NCBI GenBank assembly: GCA_963794325.1
Contig: CAWCDG010000002.1
Coordinates: 224,001 to 288,000 of the forward strand
Source: an uncultured delta proteobacterium
Lineage (GTDB): Bacteria; Desulfobacterota; Binatia; Binatales; Binataceae
Direction: 5' to 3'
Length of the DNA stretch: 64,000 nucleotides
Shown here: positions 29,104 to 39,295 of the stretch, in pieces
Layout of the letters: each line of letters opens with the position of its first letter
Numbering within the stretch: the stretch's first letter is position 1
Program-made: the position numbers and the translations under genes
Notes under the pieces: generated by a model
What the model was told of the DNA's origin: nothing
The model's input: only the letters and a program-made list of their open reading frames with translations
Database searches by the model: none

Positions 29104-29518
29104 CTACTGCGAGACGAGCATCTGCGAGCTGCTGGTCAAGGTCAGCGGGACGGCAGACATTAACGGAATCGTCTGAGTGTAGTTGTGGGTGATCGTCACC
29201 AGCGCATCCCGCTGCGTTGGAAGGGTCGCATCGGCTGGAAAAGAAACGCTGACTTCGGCCGTGCTCAGGAACGGCGCGTAGCTTACGGCTACGGCCTGAA
29301 TCTGCGCGGTGGTGGCCGGGTTCTGACTGGTAGAACTATGAACGATCGCGTAGCGGGCGGCTTCTCGCGCTGCATCGCTCACGGTGTTGTATCGATAGAC
29401 CACGATGCCCATTCCCATAATTGCGAAGAGCAACAACAAGAAGGTTGCAGCCACCACCGCAAACTCAGCCATCGCCTGTCCGGAAGACTTCCATCAGCAA
29501 GGAAAATCGCTCGTTCAT
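29104..29518 (-). CDS. TadE-like pseudopilin (5' frameshift)
   Basis: SGQAMAEFAVV..., AAREAARYAIVH. The natural ATG at 29518 (TAATG overlap) is out of frame with the body. Confidence 0.8.
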
Positions 29519-29971
29519 TATTGCTGAACCTGCATTATCGCTTGCCCGTCAGCGTGTACGACGAAGTGATTCCAGGATAATTCAAGATGGTATTATAGGT
29601 TGCAGAGGTATTGACCGTTACATAGGTCGCCGTCGGCGCGTGGGTGCAGTAGCTTGTAGCACACAGCGGAACCGTCTGCGGATTCGCCACAATACAGGTG
29701 CACTGCGATGCGGTCGGCGTGTTCCAATTGGAAATGTTCGCAGCATCAGCACTAGCCGCCGCCACCATGCCGGCCGAATTGGCCGCGTTGGTGACGCTTT
29801 GGGAGCCGAATTGTGCGCCCGCGCGAGCCGCGTTGTTGACGGCGACGCTGACGAAGAAGACCCGGGCGAAATCGGCGATCACGACCAGCAAGAGCAGCAG
29901 GACGGGCACGACGATCGCAAGCTCAACTGCGCTCTGGCCCGTTCCAAAGGCCAGCGTCTGCGATCTTTCAT
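29518..29971 (-). pseudogene. TadE-like pseudopilin with frameshifts near both ends (possibly sequencing indels)
   Basis: MKDRRRWPLER/GQSAVELAIVVP...NAARAGAQFG...YTLTGK/AIMQVQQ*; each break is repaired by one extra G. Confidence 0.75.
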
Positions 29972-29994
29972 CTTTTCTGTCTGGAACCGCACCT

Positions 29995-31312
29995 CTATTG
30001 GTAAAGCCTGGCTGGTCGTGATCGGTGGTCCGCCTCCGAGTGCCGCTCCAGGGGCAGCCAGATACGAGCTGCCGCCGCTGATCGTTAATCTTCCAGGCGT
30101 CCAGAATCACATCCTGAGGGTTGGTCGAGCTCCCTCCCGAAAAAGTCAGCATCTGGGCTGTAGGGAAATAGAGCGCGCCCTGGAAGTTCCCGGAGCTGCC
30201 TCCGCTGATCGTGGCCTGCCGAGTGTTGGCCGGGTCCTGAAAGAAAAGAACACTTGGAATCCCACCGGCAGATGAATCGACTGGCGCAGTCATATTCGTG
30301 GTGCTGCTGCCGCTGATATCCATCTTACCGGTGCCGGTATTGTAGATGGTAACGCCGCTAGCGTTGACCGTCGAACCGCCGCTGACAGCTAAGCCCTTTG
30401 TTGCCGGTCAGGATATATAGTCCAGGATTAAGGTTGAGCGTGTGCGCCACCCGCGTCACGTTGATGCCGCCACAGTAAGTGCCCGGACCAATCGTCGCGG
30501 TCGTATTTCGGCGCAGTGTAGATTGGTCCTGATGTGCAAGTACCTGCTGGCGTCGGCTCCGCTGATTGCAGGTAGGCCAATGGATCCGGAGCTAGGCGCG
30601 ACTGCGGTCGGGGACAACTGGCTGTGCTCCCCCCGCAAGTCGGCGGTGCTCGACGCCGTCCCGTAGCTGTGCTGGAGACTAATCCGATCGACGATGCGGC
30701 GACTGGCGAGCCGCCGCTGACGTCCATTCCATCGCCGTTGGTGGACTCATCCAAAATACCGCAATTCGCGTTGATGACTGAGCCGCCGCTGACGTCAAGG
30801 TTTTCGAAACAGTTACCCGGATCTAATGATATACACGCAGTTGGGCGTGGGGGCATACCCAGCGACCGCTGTGGTGCTTACGCTCACCGTGTTGTAGCCG
30901 AGCGCGCGCAAAAAATATGTCGGCACGGGTTGCGTCACATCAGCTTCGACGTAAACTCCGGTGGCCGGGTTGGGCTTGGTCGCGGGGGTCTTAACCGTTA
31001 CGTCACGTTATTTGTGCCGCCGGTATAGCCGTTGAGAGTAGCGACATCCTGAGCGGCCGACGTGCAAACCGATTCACTCTCGCAAGTGCAACCTGAATTG
31101 GTGCCGCAAGTTGTTTCAAGTGCGTTAGCGCCGGCGACCGCCGCGGCATCCGCCGCCGTCTGCATGTTCCGTCGCGTCGCGTAGAGAGAGCCGACATCGA
31201 CTGCCAATGCGGCCATCCCGATGATTAAGAGCATCGCGCCGGCAGCCAGTACCATGACCTGCCCTGATTCGGACTTCCGGTATGCTCGACATTTTTTTTC
31301 CCGCGAAATCAC
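29995..31312 (-). pseudogene. TadG-like protein with multiple frameshifts
   Basis: ESGQVMVL...VDVGSLY..RRNMQTAADAAAVAGA, then CISLDP, PDPLAYL, LFFQDP, GALYFP fragments spread over different frames; ends ..RLYQ*. Confidence 0.78.
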
Positions 31313-31660
31313 TTACGGTTGAAAAATGCGCGCTGTTGAGAACTGACCGGAAACCGCGTCTGAGTTTTCTCAAGTTCCGCGATCGGTTCTCGACAACACC
31401 CATCTTTGAGTTTCGAAGCCAATCCGCCAGTCACACTTCGACGCCTTGGCGTTATTGCGGTTTTACTCGTCTCAAGACGAATACTGGACGGTATAACTAG
31501 CATTTCTCGCTTCTGACAGGCAACCGTCATACCTACAAATTAGTCAATATTTCCTACCATTAGTAGGTGAATATTCGCCGATTGATGGGAAAACAGTGGG
31601 GTGAATGACGCAGGGCCGGTCTCGTGGACCGGCATGCGCAATACAGCGCGTCTGTGGTCG

Positions 31661-33130
31661 TTATTCTGCCAGTGCCGATCCCAGTTTGACTACGCCGCCA
31701 TCGGCGAGCGAGGAGAAGTCGGTGTTTACCGTCAAGTTGGTAGTGATTTGAAGCTTCTCGGCGATGAAATAGTTGTATGCGCCGCCCGTCCCGCCGAAGC
31801 CAAGTATGCTTGGCTCGAAGTAAAACGTCCCGGTGTAGGTTCCGCCGTAGATGAGATTCTGCGCGCACGCACCTAGCGTGCGGTCTTGAAAGAAAAGGAT
31901 TCCTTCCGCGGCTGAGGGCCCGCCAGTGGTCGGCGCGGAGAGCGACGAACCCGAAGTAGCGAAGTATACGGATCGGGCTAAAAGAAGCTGAAGTTCCGGT
32001 GTTGTAGAAGGTCACATTAGAGCCGCTCAATGTAACATTCGCCGTTGCTCCAACAGGAGCTATACCGGGCTCGCCATGCCTGTTGGGTCCAGCCTCCACA
32101 ACTAAAAGGGGGGCCTACCGTGGGGTTTTTGGAAGCTTTTGGGGGGATTATTGCTGACGTGTAGGGAGTACCGATATTGGATTCCGCCGCCATTGATTAC
32201 ATACGTGCCGGGATTGAAGGTTATGGTTATTGGGGAGCTTGGGTTCGAAGGCTTGGTGCACCCAGACGCAGCGCAGGTCCAGATACCCGCTGTATATGTG
32301 CCGGGTGAAAGGACCGTGTTTTTCGTGATTATTTGCTGTGGGGAAGGCGGCGCCTGATGTCGTCGGCACAGGTGCGCCAGACAGCAAATCGTCAACTGGC
32401 GGAGCATCCGGTGCACCGGAAGCGGGGTTACGCAGTCTCCATCATCCTGAAAGCCGCCGGCGCTGTAAGTCTGCAGGGTATTCATGCAACTGCCGCCATG
32501 CGTACCGATCGGATCATTACTGGTCGAATCCGAATATACATCGCATTGGGTTGCATTCACGGTGACATCGCCGGACGCTTGCCCGTTGCCAACTACCATC
32601 GCGTGGTGCTGGCTTCCCTCAAGCGTCTGAAAACAAATCGGTACCGGGTTAGGCTTTGCGACGGCTCGGGCGGTCATCGGAAAAGTTGGATAACCCAGAA
32701 CTTTGAGGAAGGAGGTCGAAACCGTGGCGTTGATGATTGCTTCGACGTATCCGTCTTTGGTGGCATAAGGTCCATAATTCGGCGGGGTGTGAACGTCCAC
32801 CAGAGTTACGGTTACCCCACCGGTGGTCGAGCCCTGAGTGAAGCCGTTCCTGGTCGCATCGTAAGTCCCCGCGGCTACTACACTGCTGGTATCCTGGTTG
32901 GCGATTTCGTTTGCTCCGGCCTTCGCGGCCGCATCGGCGGCATCCTGCATTTCCTGCCTTGTGATCCAGGCGTAACCGACGTCGTAAACTATGCCGGTCA
33001 TGGCGAGCAGCATAATCATCGAGCCGGCCATCAGCACCATCGCCTGGCCGCGCGGGAAGCCCGCAAATATTCGCGATAGTGCCTCTTTTAAGGAGCCAAC
33101 CCGTGAGTTCCTGCTAGAGCGACGGTTCAT
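31661..33130 (-). pseudogene. TadG-like protein, C-terminal third frameshifted
   Basis: RGQAMVL...YDVGYAW..RQEMQDAADAAAKAGA; PGTY repeats; NVTFYNT, EGILFFQDR, GTFYF; ends VVKLGSALAE*. Confidence 0.78.
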
Positions 33131-33166
33131 GTACAACTTCCTTCCGCTATTGTTTTGCGGGCGCCA

Positions 33167-33685
33167 TCATTTCGAACGCATAAGAGACTGGGTCGTGAAG
33201 GCCATCGTGTGCGGGATACCCGGATACGTGACCATGGTGCTGAAAGAACCCGAAGCAGTCACCTGTTCATACTTTCTCCAGTCGGGGCACGGAGGGCTTT
33301 GGCGTAAGGGGGTCCACTCCGCAGGACAGCGCGTAGGGGGCGTCCGAAGTGCTACCAAATTGGTGCAGGTCGTTCCGGTTGAATTCGGGCAACAGCAGTA
33401 ATACGTCGCGGTCGATGTGACGCTGATATTGGGAGCAGCGGCCGTGGCGTAGTTTTGCATTCCGGCTGTATCACTGGAAGTTTGCAAGCTCTGGGCGCCG
33501 TACTGAGCTCCCGCACGAGCGGCCTCGGACACTTGCAGATAGGCGAAGAACATCCTGCCCGCATCGGCGACGATCATCAGGATCAACAACACCACCGGCG
33601 CCAGCATGGCAACTTCGACGGCTGATTGTCCTCGCCGCCAACCGCTATACGATCGTTTCTGCAATATCGTGGGTTGTTCCTTCAT
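33167..33685 (-). CDS. TadE-like pseudopilin
   Basis: RGQSAVEVAMLAP, EAARAGAQYG; Cys-rich C-terminal region. Confidence 0.88.
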   Translation of the reverse strand: MKEQPTILQKRSYSGWRRGQSAVEVAMLAPVVLLILMIVADAGRMFFAYLQVSEAARAGAQYGAQSLQTSSDTAGMQNYATAAAPNISVTSTATYYCCCPNSTGTTCTNLVALRTPPTRCPAEWTPLRQSPPCPDWRKYEQVTASGSFSTMVTYPGIPHTMAFTTQSLMRSK

Positions 33686-34179
33686 TGACTGATAACCATC
33701 TGCGTCGTCGCCGTAAGCGGCAGCGTTACGGGACTAAAGAACGGAACCGTGATCGGAAAGTTATATTGAACCTGAACCTGCACCTTGCTGCCCGGGCAGT
33801 TGCTCGTGCCGCTTGGACAGCTATTCGGAATCCACGACGCAGTGACCGACGGCGCACTCCCGGAATTAAGCCAATCCGCCATTCCCTGGACATAGGTCGT
33901 GATATCGCTCTGGGTGGCGGGACCGGTCGGGGTGCACGAGCTGCACGAATAGGTACTGCCGCGCACCGATGCCCATCGTGCACCCGCATTTGCCGCGTAT
34001 GAGACTTCGGAATAGGTGTAGAGTGCGGTCGCGAAATTAATGATGCCGAATATCATAAGTGGCAGCACAAGAAGCATCACCATTCCGAACTCCGCGGACG
34101 CTTGTCCGCGTCGATATCGGCGTTTGCGGAGAAAAGTCCGGTCGGGTTGATTTCTTTGCAACTGCTGTCGATCATCCAT
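33682..34179 (-). CDS. TadE-like pseudopilin
   Basis: RGQASAEFGMV, YAANAGARWASVRG, PGSKVQVQVQY.F; ATGA overlap with the next gene. Confidence 0.88.
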   Translation of the reverse strand: MDDRQQLQRNQPDRTFLRKRRYRRGQASAEFGMVMLLVLPLMIFGIINFATALYTYSEVSYAANAGARWASVRGSTYSCSSCTPTGPATQSDITTYVQGMADWLNSGSAPSVTASWIPNSCPSGTSNCPGSKVQVQVQYNFPITVPFFSPVTLPLTATTQMVISQ

Positions 34180-34581
34180 GGTACGGCCGCCTGCAAACCT
34201 TCTGAGTTCACGCGCTTCGAACGAATCGGCTGCGTCAGCGCTCACCGTCCACGTTGAGGGCTGTCTCATAAGTCTGACAACCAGTCTCGCCCCTGCTCGC
34301 TGCTGGTTGGTTGGACTTATTTGCGTGAAATACCCCTCTATATTCTGCTTGGGCAGTTTTAACGTCTGCCCAGCATAAGTCAAGGGCAAGGATGTGCCTA
34401 TAGTTCATCGTATTGGTTATTCAACAGCCATTAGCTCAGCTAAGCCATCTTAAACTTGCCTGCGAGCGAGTGGCAATGGGTATTTTACGGAGCGGAACTT
34501 CTCGGTGGAGGCCCAAGCTAGCCTACACGGTGGTATATTCACCTACGATTAGTTATGTTCATGCGATGGAAGGGTGGCGAG

Positions 34582-35463
34582 TTATGCGGCCGCGGTGCGG
34601 CGAAGATGAGCGCATCCTCCGAGGCTGCTGCCGCTGACCAAGTGGTACAGCGCGTCGAGCTGCCGTGCGCCGGTGCCCATCGCGTCGAGGAAGACGTTCG
34701 AATCCTCGAGCACCTCGAGCTGCGGATCGACGCGTCGTAACTCGGTCGGATTGTGCACCGTCCAGGAGAAGGTCGTGCCGAGTTGCCGATGCGCGGGACG
34801 TCTCGTTACGATCCAGGCGCCGAATGGACTGGCGTAGTCGAACGCAATTTCAACCTCGGCGCGTCGCAGGTCCGCCGCGTCCGCTTGCGCTCGGAACAGC
34901 GACTCGACCTGCGCTCGCTGCAGGAAAAACAGCACGCCTTCCGCAACCACGATGGCGGGTCGTCCGGTGTCCCACGGAATCGAGGCGAACAGCTGCGAGT
35001 CCGTAACATCACCGGCAATGATTCGCCGGCGCGTGCTCTCGGCGAAGAAGCGGCGGCGTATCGCAATCACCGCGGGCAGATCGACGTCGATCCAGGTAAA
35101 TCGGCCGTCGCTCGCTTCCTCGAGATCTTCGAAGCTCGGGTCGAGACCGCATCCGAGGTTGATGCACAATCCGTCCGGATGGCGTTCGAGAAACCGGCGC
35201 ACCGTCTGCCCGAACCATTGCGATCGCAGCACCACGGCTCGAACTTCGCTGGGGTTGAGATTGAAACTTCGCGGATCGACGTCAAGCTCGCGAAGGATCT
35301 CGGTGGAGCGGCGGCCGCGGTACCGAATCTCAGGTGCGTCAGTTGCGGCGAGCGCCTTCGCCGCGAGGGTCACCAGCATCGTGGCCGATACACCAGGCAG
35401 AGCGGACACGCTCGGGGCGAGGGTCATATTTGGCGGGACAATGCGCTTGCCGTTCGGTTCCAT
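34582..35463 (-). CDS. class I SAM methyltransferase, LCM/TcmP-like O-methyltransferase
   Basis: GVSATMLVTL, R...F...VRRFL..HP, INLGCGLD, WIDVDLP.VI..RR, AEGVLFFL. Confidence 0.85.
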   Translation of the reverse strand: MEPNGKRIVPPNMTLAPSVSALPGVSATMLVTLAAKALAATDAPEIRYRGRRSTEILRELDVDPRSFNLNPSEVRAVVLRSQWFGQTVRRFLERHPDGLCINLGCGLDPSFEDLEEASDGRFTWIDVDLPAVIAIRRRFFAESTRRRIIAGDVTDSQLFASIPWDTGRPAIVVAEGVLFFLQRAQVESLFRAQADAADLRRAEVEIAFDYASPFGAWIVTRRPAHRQLGTTFSWTVHNPTELRRVDPQLEVLEDSNVFLDAMGTGARQLDALYHLVSGSSLGGCAHLRRTAAA

Positions 35464-35554
35464 CGAGGCCCCCGGTACAGCGAACGCTTACGCATAGCCG
35501 ATGCGTCGCGAGTATCACAAGAGTGTTCGAGCCGGAGGTAGTGTCCGGGTTTTC

Positions 35555-35668
35555 AGTGGGGCGGGCCGGCGTGCCCGCCCTCTCCTCAAGGTGCGTGAGT
35601 CATTCGTCGGTAAGCGTGGACGCGGAAGTCCACGCGTCGATGGCGGGCACGGCGGCCCGCCCCACTAC
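35555..35668. repeat. inverted pair of REP-like palindromes
   Basis: agtggggcgggccggcgtgcccgcc (35555) vs ggcgggcacggcggcccgccccactac (35642): 25-bp inverted repeat with 1 mismatch; GTAG end on one arm. Confidence 0.75.
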
Positions 35669-35686
35669 AAAAGCAGAAGCTCTGAT

Positions 35687-36535
35687 TCATGCTAGCTGCG
35701 CCATTTTAAGGGCGCACTGCTCGAGGCCGGTGGCCAACCAGGTTTCAACTGCCCGATTCAGCTCGGCGGGGTTGCCGGTCATCAGCCAGTGGTTCGATTT
35801 GATGACCGAGCGCGTGGCGTTTGGTAGCACTGCAAAGTTGATAGCCTCCTGCCAGGCCAGACTTTCGTCTGCGACGGCGATGAGAGTTGGGCAGGACGCT
35901 CTGCGTACCGTGCCGGAGTGGTCTTTGCCTGCTGCCGTGCAGACCGCGATTAAGGTGTCGCGTGAAATTCGAGCGCGCAGCATTCCATCGGCGCCGCGCG
36001 TCAGGCCTCGTTCGAATGCGCGCCGCAGGTCACCATTCCAGTTGGAGTATTGCGGCAAGCCGCGCACCGCGTTTATCGCTGCTTCGATCGAGGGCCACGG
36101 TCCCAATTCGCCGGCGAAGGTAACGTCGACGAACATCTCGGCGGGGATCGGAATGCCGGAAGCGGGGGAGGGATCGAGCAGCAGCATCGCGTGCGCCGCC
36201 TCGGGATGCGTACCGGCGATCATTGCGGCCAGCTTTCCGCCCCATGAATGTCCACCCCAAATCACCGGGCCCTTCACCACCTGACGGCTCATCGAAAAAA
36301 TTAACTCGGTGAGCGGCTCCATTTCCCAGTCCGGCGCCGGAGTGCTCCCGCCATGGCCAGGCATATCGAATGCGATGACGCGCCTTCCGGCGAGCGCAGG
36401 AATCAGCGGCTTGAACCAGAGCGCATTCCCGCCGACGCCATGCAGCAGTATGATCGGCGTTCCGCGGCCACCGCGCTCAACTCCGGTGAAGATGCCGCCG
36501 CCGTGTTCGATTCGAAGTTCTCTGAATTCAGTCAT
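35687..36535 (-). CDS. alpha/beta hydrolase
   Basis: LLHGVG, DMPGHGGS, nucleophile elbow GHSWGG. Confidence 0.9.
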   Translation of the reverse strand: MTEFRELRIEHGGGIFTGVERGGRGTPIILLHGVGGNALWFKPLIPALAGRRVIAFDMPGHGGSTPAPDWEMEPLTELIFSMSRQVVKGPVIWGGHSWGGKLAAMIAGTHPEAAHAMLLLDPSPASGIPIPAEMFVDVTFAGELGPWPSIEAAINAVRGLPQYSNWNGDLRRAFERGLTRGADGMLRARISRDTLIAVCTAAGKDHSGTVRRASCPTLIAVADESLAWQEAINFAVLPNATRSVIKSNHWLMTGNPAELNRAVETWLATGLEQCALKMAQLA

Positions 36536-36736
36536 GGTACCGCCTCGTAACCTCTGTAGGGTTATTCTACCAACAGTAGCGAAGCAAGTTGTGCGTCTGG
36601 CGCGGCAATTCCGGGATGAATTTGCTTTGGCGGTTAGTTAAGCACGGCTAATTCGAATATCCGGAAAGTCGCGAAATCTCAACATATTGTAGAGGCAGAG
36701 CGCGATGTGCAGCGCAGGGACGGCATCGGAAGTCTT

Positions 36737-36751
36737 GTAGCAATTAGCTAC
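36737..36751. promoter_or_regulatory. palindromic operator candidate upstream of XRE gene
   Basis: GTAGC-AATTA-GCTAC. Confidence 0.45.
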
Positions 36752-36794
36752 TATCTGTTTATTCACAGTTAGTTGTCTGTTAGTAATTCACGGC

Positions 36795-37298
36795 ATGGGG
36801 AAACCAAAGACTTCACGACCAACCGCCATCGTGCGCGCGGGAAAACACAAAGCGAAGATCTCAACCGCCTCAACCGCGCAGAACAGGGTACACGCTTTTG
36901 CCGAAGCGATACGCTCGCGGCGACGAGAACTGAATCTCACGCAGGACGAAGTCGCCGACCGGATCGGGATTTCGACCCCGTACGTCGGCCATCTCGAATC
37001 CGGCAAGCGGCATCCGTCCGACAAGATTGTTGCAAGAATGGCCGCGGCGCTCGATCTCGGCAACCGCGAATTGTTCTTTCTTGCTAACCCTCATGCGCAA
37101 GCGCTGATTTCGGAACCGGCGGAGGCGGAGGGTTCGACCTGGGAACAGTTTCAAAAGGACGACAAACTCCGGCGCCTCCACAATGTATTGAATGATGAAA
37201 TGGTGGTGCTGTCGCAGGTCGCGCTGATGGGCGACGTTCAGTCGACTCGCGATCTGATCTACATACTCACAACGATTCGTCACGCGGTCGGAAGGTAG
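36795..37298 (+). CDS. XRE family HTH regulator
   Basis: IRSRRRELNLTQDEVADRIGISTPYVGHLESGKRHPS. Confidence 0.9.
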   Translation: MGKPKTSRPTAIVRAGKHKAKISTASTAQNRVHAFAEAIRSRRRELNLTQDEVADRIGISTPYVGHLESGKRHPSDKIVARMAAALDLGNRELFFLANPHAQALISEPAEAEGSTWEQFQKDDKLRRLHNVLNDEMVVLSQVALMGDVQSTRDLIYILTTIRHAVGR

Positions 37299-37371
37299 CT
37301 GGGCCTCCCGCGACCTTAGCCGCGCCGGCAGGATGGCCGAACTGGCGCACGACAGTTAAGCTGAAACTGTT

Positions 37372-38217
37372 GTGAGCACGCTTTCATCGACCGGCGAAAC
37401 TGTCCCTGCGCTGCATCCGCTGAATCACGGATTCATCTGGACGCCGGTGCGCGGCCCGTTTCGCGCTATCACAGGCGAGCAGGCGCGTTCGTTCAATGAG
37501 CGCGGTTTCTTCGTGCTCGAAAATGCGATCGATCGCGCGACCGTCACGCGCGTCCGCGACGCAATAGATCCCTTCGAAGCGAAGGCCGAGGAGTTCCTGC
37601 GCTCGCGTCCGGACGGCAGGATGGGTATCGCGCAGGCCGACGGAATTACTTTCACCGTTCACCTCGTCAGGCTTTCCAAAGTGTTGCGCGAGTTTTCGGC
37701 GAGCACTGTCTTTCAGGATCTTTGTCACGATCTGATCGGTCCCGACGTGCGCCTCTACTGGGATCAAGCCGTGTACAAGAAGCCCGAGTATCCCAAGCCG
37801 TTCCCGTGGCATCAGGACAACGGCTACACCTACATCGAGCCGCAGGCGTACCTCACGTGCTGGATCGCTCTCAACGACGCGACGGTTGACAACGGTTGTC
37901 CGTGGGTGATTCCGGGCGGGCATTTGCGCGGGACGCTGGCGCATCGCCTCTCGAAGCTGGGCTACGTGTGCCGTGAAGAGGACGGTCCCGAAGCGCTCGC
38001 AGTTCCGGTCCGCGAAGGGAGCGTCGTCGTATTTTCCTCGCTGATGCCGCATCGCACCGGCCCGAACGTCACTGCCGCAGTGCGTAAATCCTATATTCTT
38101 CAGTACGCGCCGGAGGGCGCGCGCGTCGTGCAGACCGACACTGCCTGCGACGCGCCGGATCGCCAGTATCTGATTCTGAAAGACGGCGACCGCGTTTCGC
38201 CTCCCCCGCTCGAATAG
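37372..38217 (+). CDS. phytanoyl-CoA dioxygenase (PhyH) family Fe/2OG oxygenase
   Basis: WHQDNGY, TCWIALNDAT..NGC, H.TGPN....R. Confidence 0.9.
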   Translation: MSTLSSTGETVPALHPLNHGFIWTPVRGPFRAITGEQARSFNERGFFVLENAIDRATVTRVRDAIDPFEAKAEEFLRSRPDGRMGIAQADGITFTVHLVRLSKVLREFSASTVFQDLCHDLIGPDVRLYWDQAVYKKPEYPKPFPWHQDNGYTYIEPQAYLTCWIALNDATVDNGCPWVIPGGHLRGTLAHRLSKLGYVCREEDGPEALAVPVREGSVVVFSSLMPHRTGPNVTAAVRKSYILQYAPEGARVVQTDTACDAPDRQYLILKDGDRVSPPPLE

Positions 38218-38500
38218 CGACTCGACTTTATTCTTTCTTCAGATCGGAACAAATTACAAATTCGCCTGTGTGTATTAACTGCGCGGCGCCGAATAGCTAA
38301 TCGACGATGTAGCAATTCGGTAATGCGCGAGTATCAACTTGCTAATCCATTTGTCATTCTCCGCTATCTCACTCTTCAGCCGCAGTTCACTATTTGTGTA
38401 GTTATGCCAGTCCCGATCTGATTGCATATTCGAAGGTAGTGCAGGCGTACGAGGCCGTTGCGGTGTTATCAACGCGAGGCAAGCGGGGAGGGGTAGGGCC

Positions 38501-39295
38501 ATGGTTAAGCGCAGCTATTACCGGGCGATCTGGATCTCCGATGTGCACCTTGGAACTCGAGCGTGCAAGGCAAATTCGTTACTCGATTTTCTGCGTAACC
38601 ATATTGCGGAAACCCTCTACCTGGTTGGCGACATCGTCGATGGGTGGAACTGCGGACCCGCATGGCATTGGAGTGACGCGCAGCAAGAGCTGGTTGATGA
38701 GATCAAGCAGTGGCGGCGGGGCGGGGTCCACGTAGTATTCATTCCGGGAAATCATGACGAGGGTAATACTGGTCTGGTTGAAGACCTGTTCGGCCGCCTC
38801 CCTCTGATTACTTCGTTGATTCACCGTACCTCTAACGGAGCCAAAATGCTGGTGATCCATGGGCATCAGTTCGATGGATCGCTCAATCTGAATCGGCTGC
38901 TGCCAAAAATTGGAGCCAACGCGTACGCGCGCGCCCAGCGGATTCACGACTGGTACAATCGGCAGGCCGAGCACGGAAGCGACGAAGGTCGCTCGCTTTC
39001 CGACTTTCTGCGCCAGCCCGCCCGCAAGGCAATCGAGTTTCTCACTGACTTTCGCGATCGAGCAGTGCTGGCGGCCGCGCGCGACCATAAAGCCGACGGG
39101 GTTATCTGCGGGCACATTCATCGTTCGGATCATCGGCTGATCGGGAACGTTTTGTACGTCAACGACGGCGATTGGGTGCACAACCGGACCGCGGTGGTCG
39201 AGGAGCCGGACGGTGCGCTGCAAGTCCTGAGATGGACTACTTCACCGCAGAACATTTTTGTATCGGAACCGATGCCGCAGGAGGCGACCTCGTGA
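38501..39295 (+). CDS. LpxH2/PlcP-like metallophosphoesterase
   Basis: YRAIWISDVHLG, LYLVGDIVDGW, PGNHDE, IHGHQFD, ICGHIH, YVNDGDWV. Confidence 0.88.
   Translation: MVKRSYYRAIWISDVHLGTRACKANSLLDFLRNHIAETLYLVGDIVDGWNCGPAWHWSDAQQELVDEIKQWRRGGVHVVFIPGNHDEGNTGLVEDLFGRLPLITSLIHRTSNGAKMLVIHGHQFDGSLNLNRLLPKIGANAYARAQRIHDWYNRQAEHGSDEGRSLSDFLRQPARKAIEFLTDFRDRAVLAAARDHKADGVICGHIHRSDHRLIGNVLYVNDGDWVHNRTAVVEEPDGALQVLRWTTSPQNIFVSEPMPQEATS

Noticed and set aside
29535-30323. Apparent TadG-TadE fusion ORF (262 aa)
   Set aside because: Chimera created by frameshifts joining the tadG tail to the tadE body.
34381-34400. Possible sigma54 promoter (AGGCACATCCTTGC, minus strand)
   Set aside because: GG-GC spacing is 9 nt instead of the required 10.
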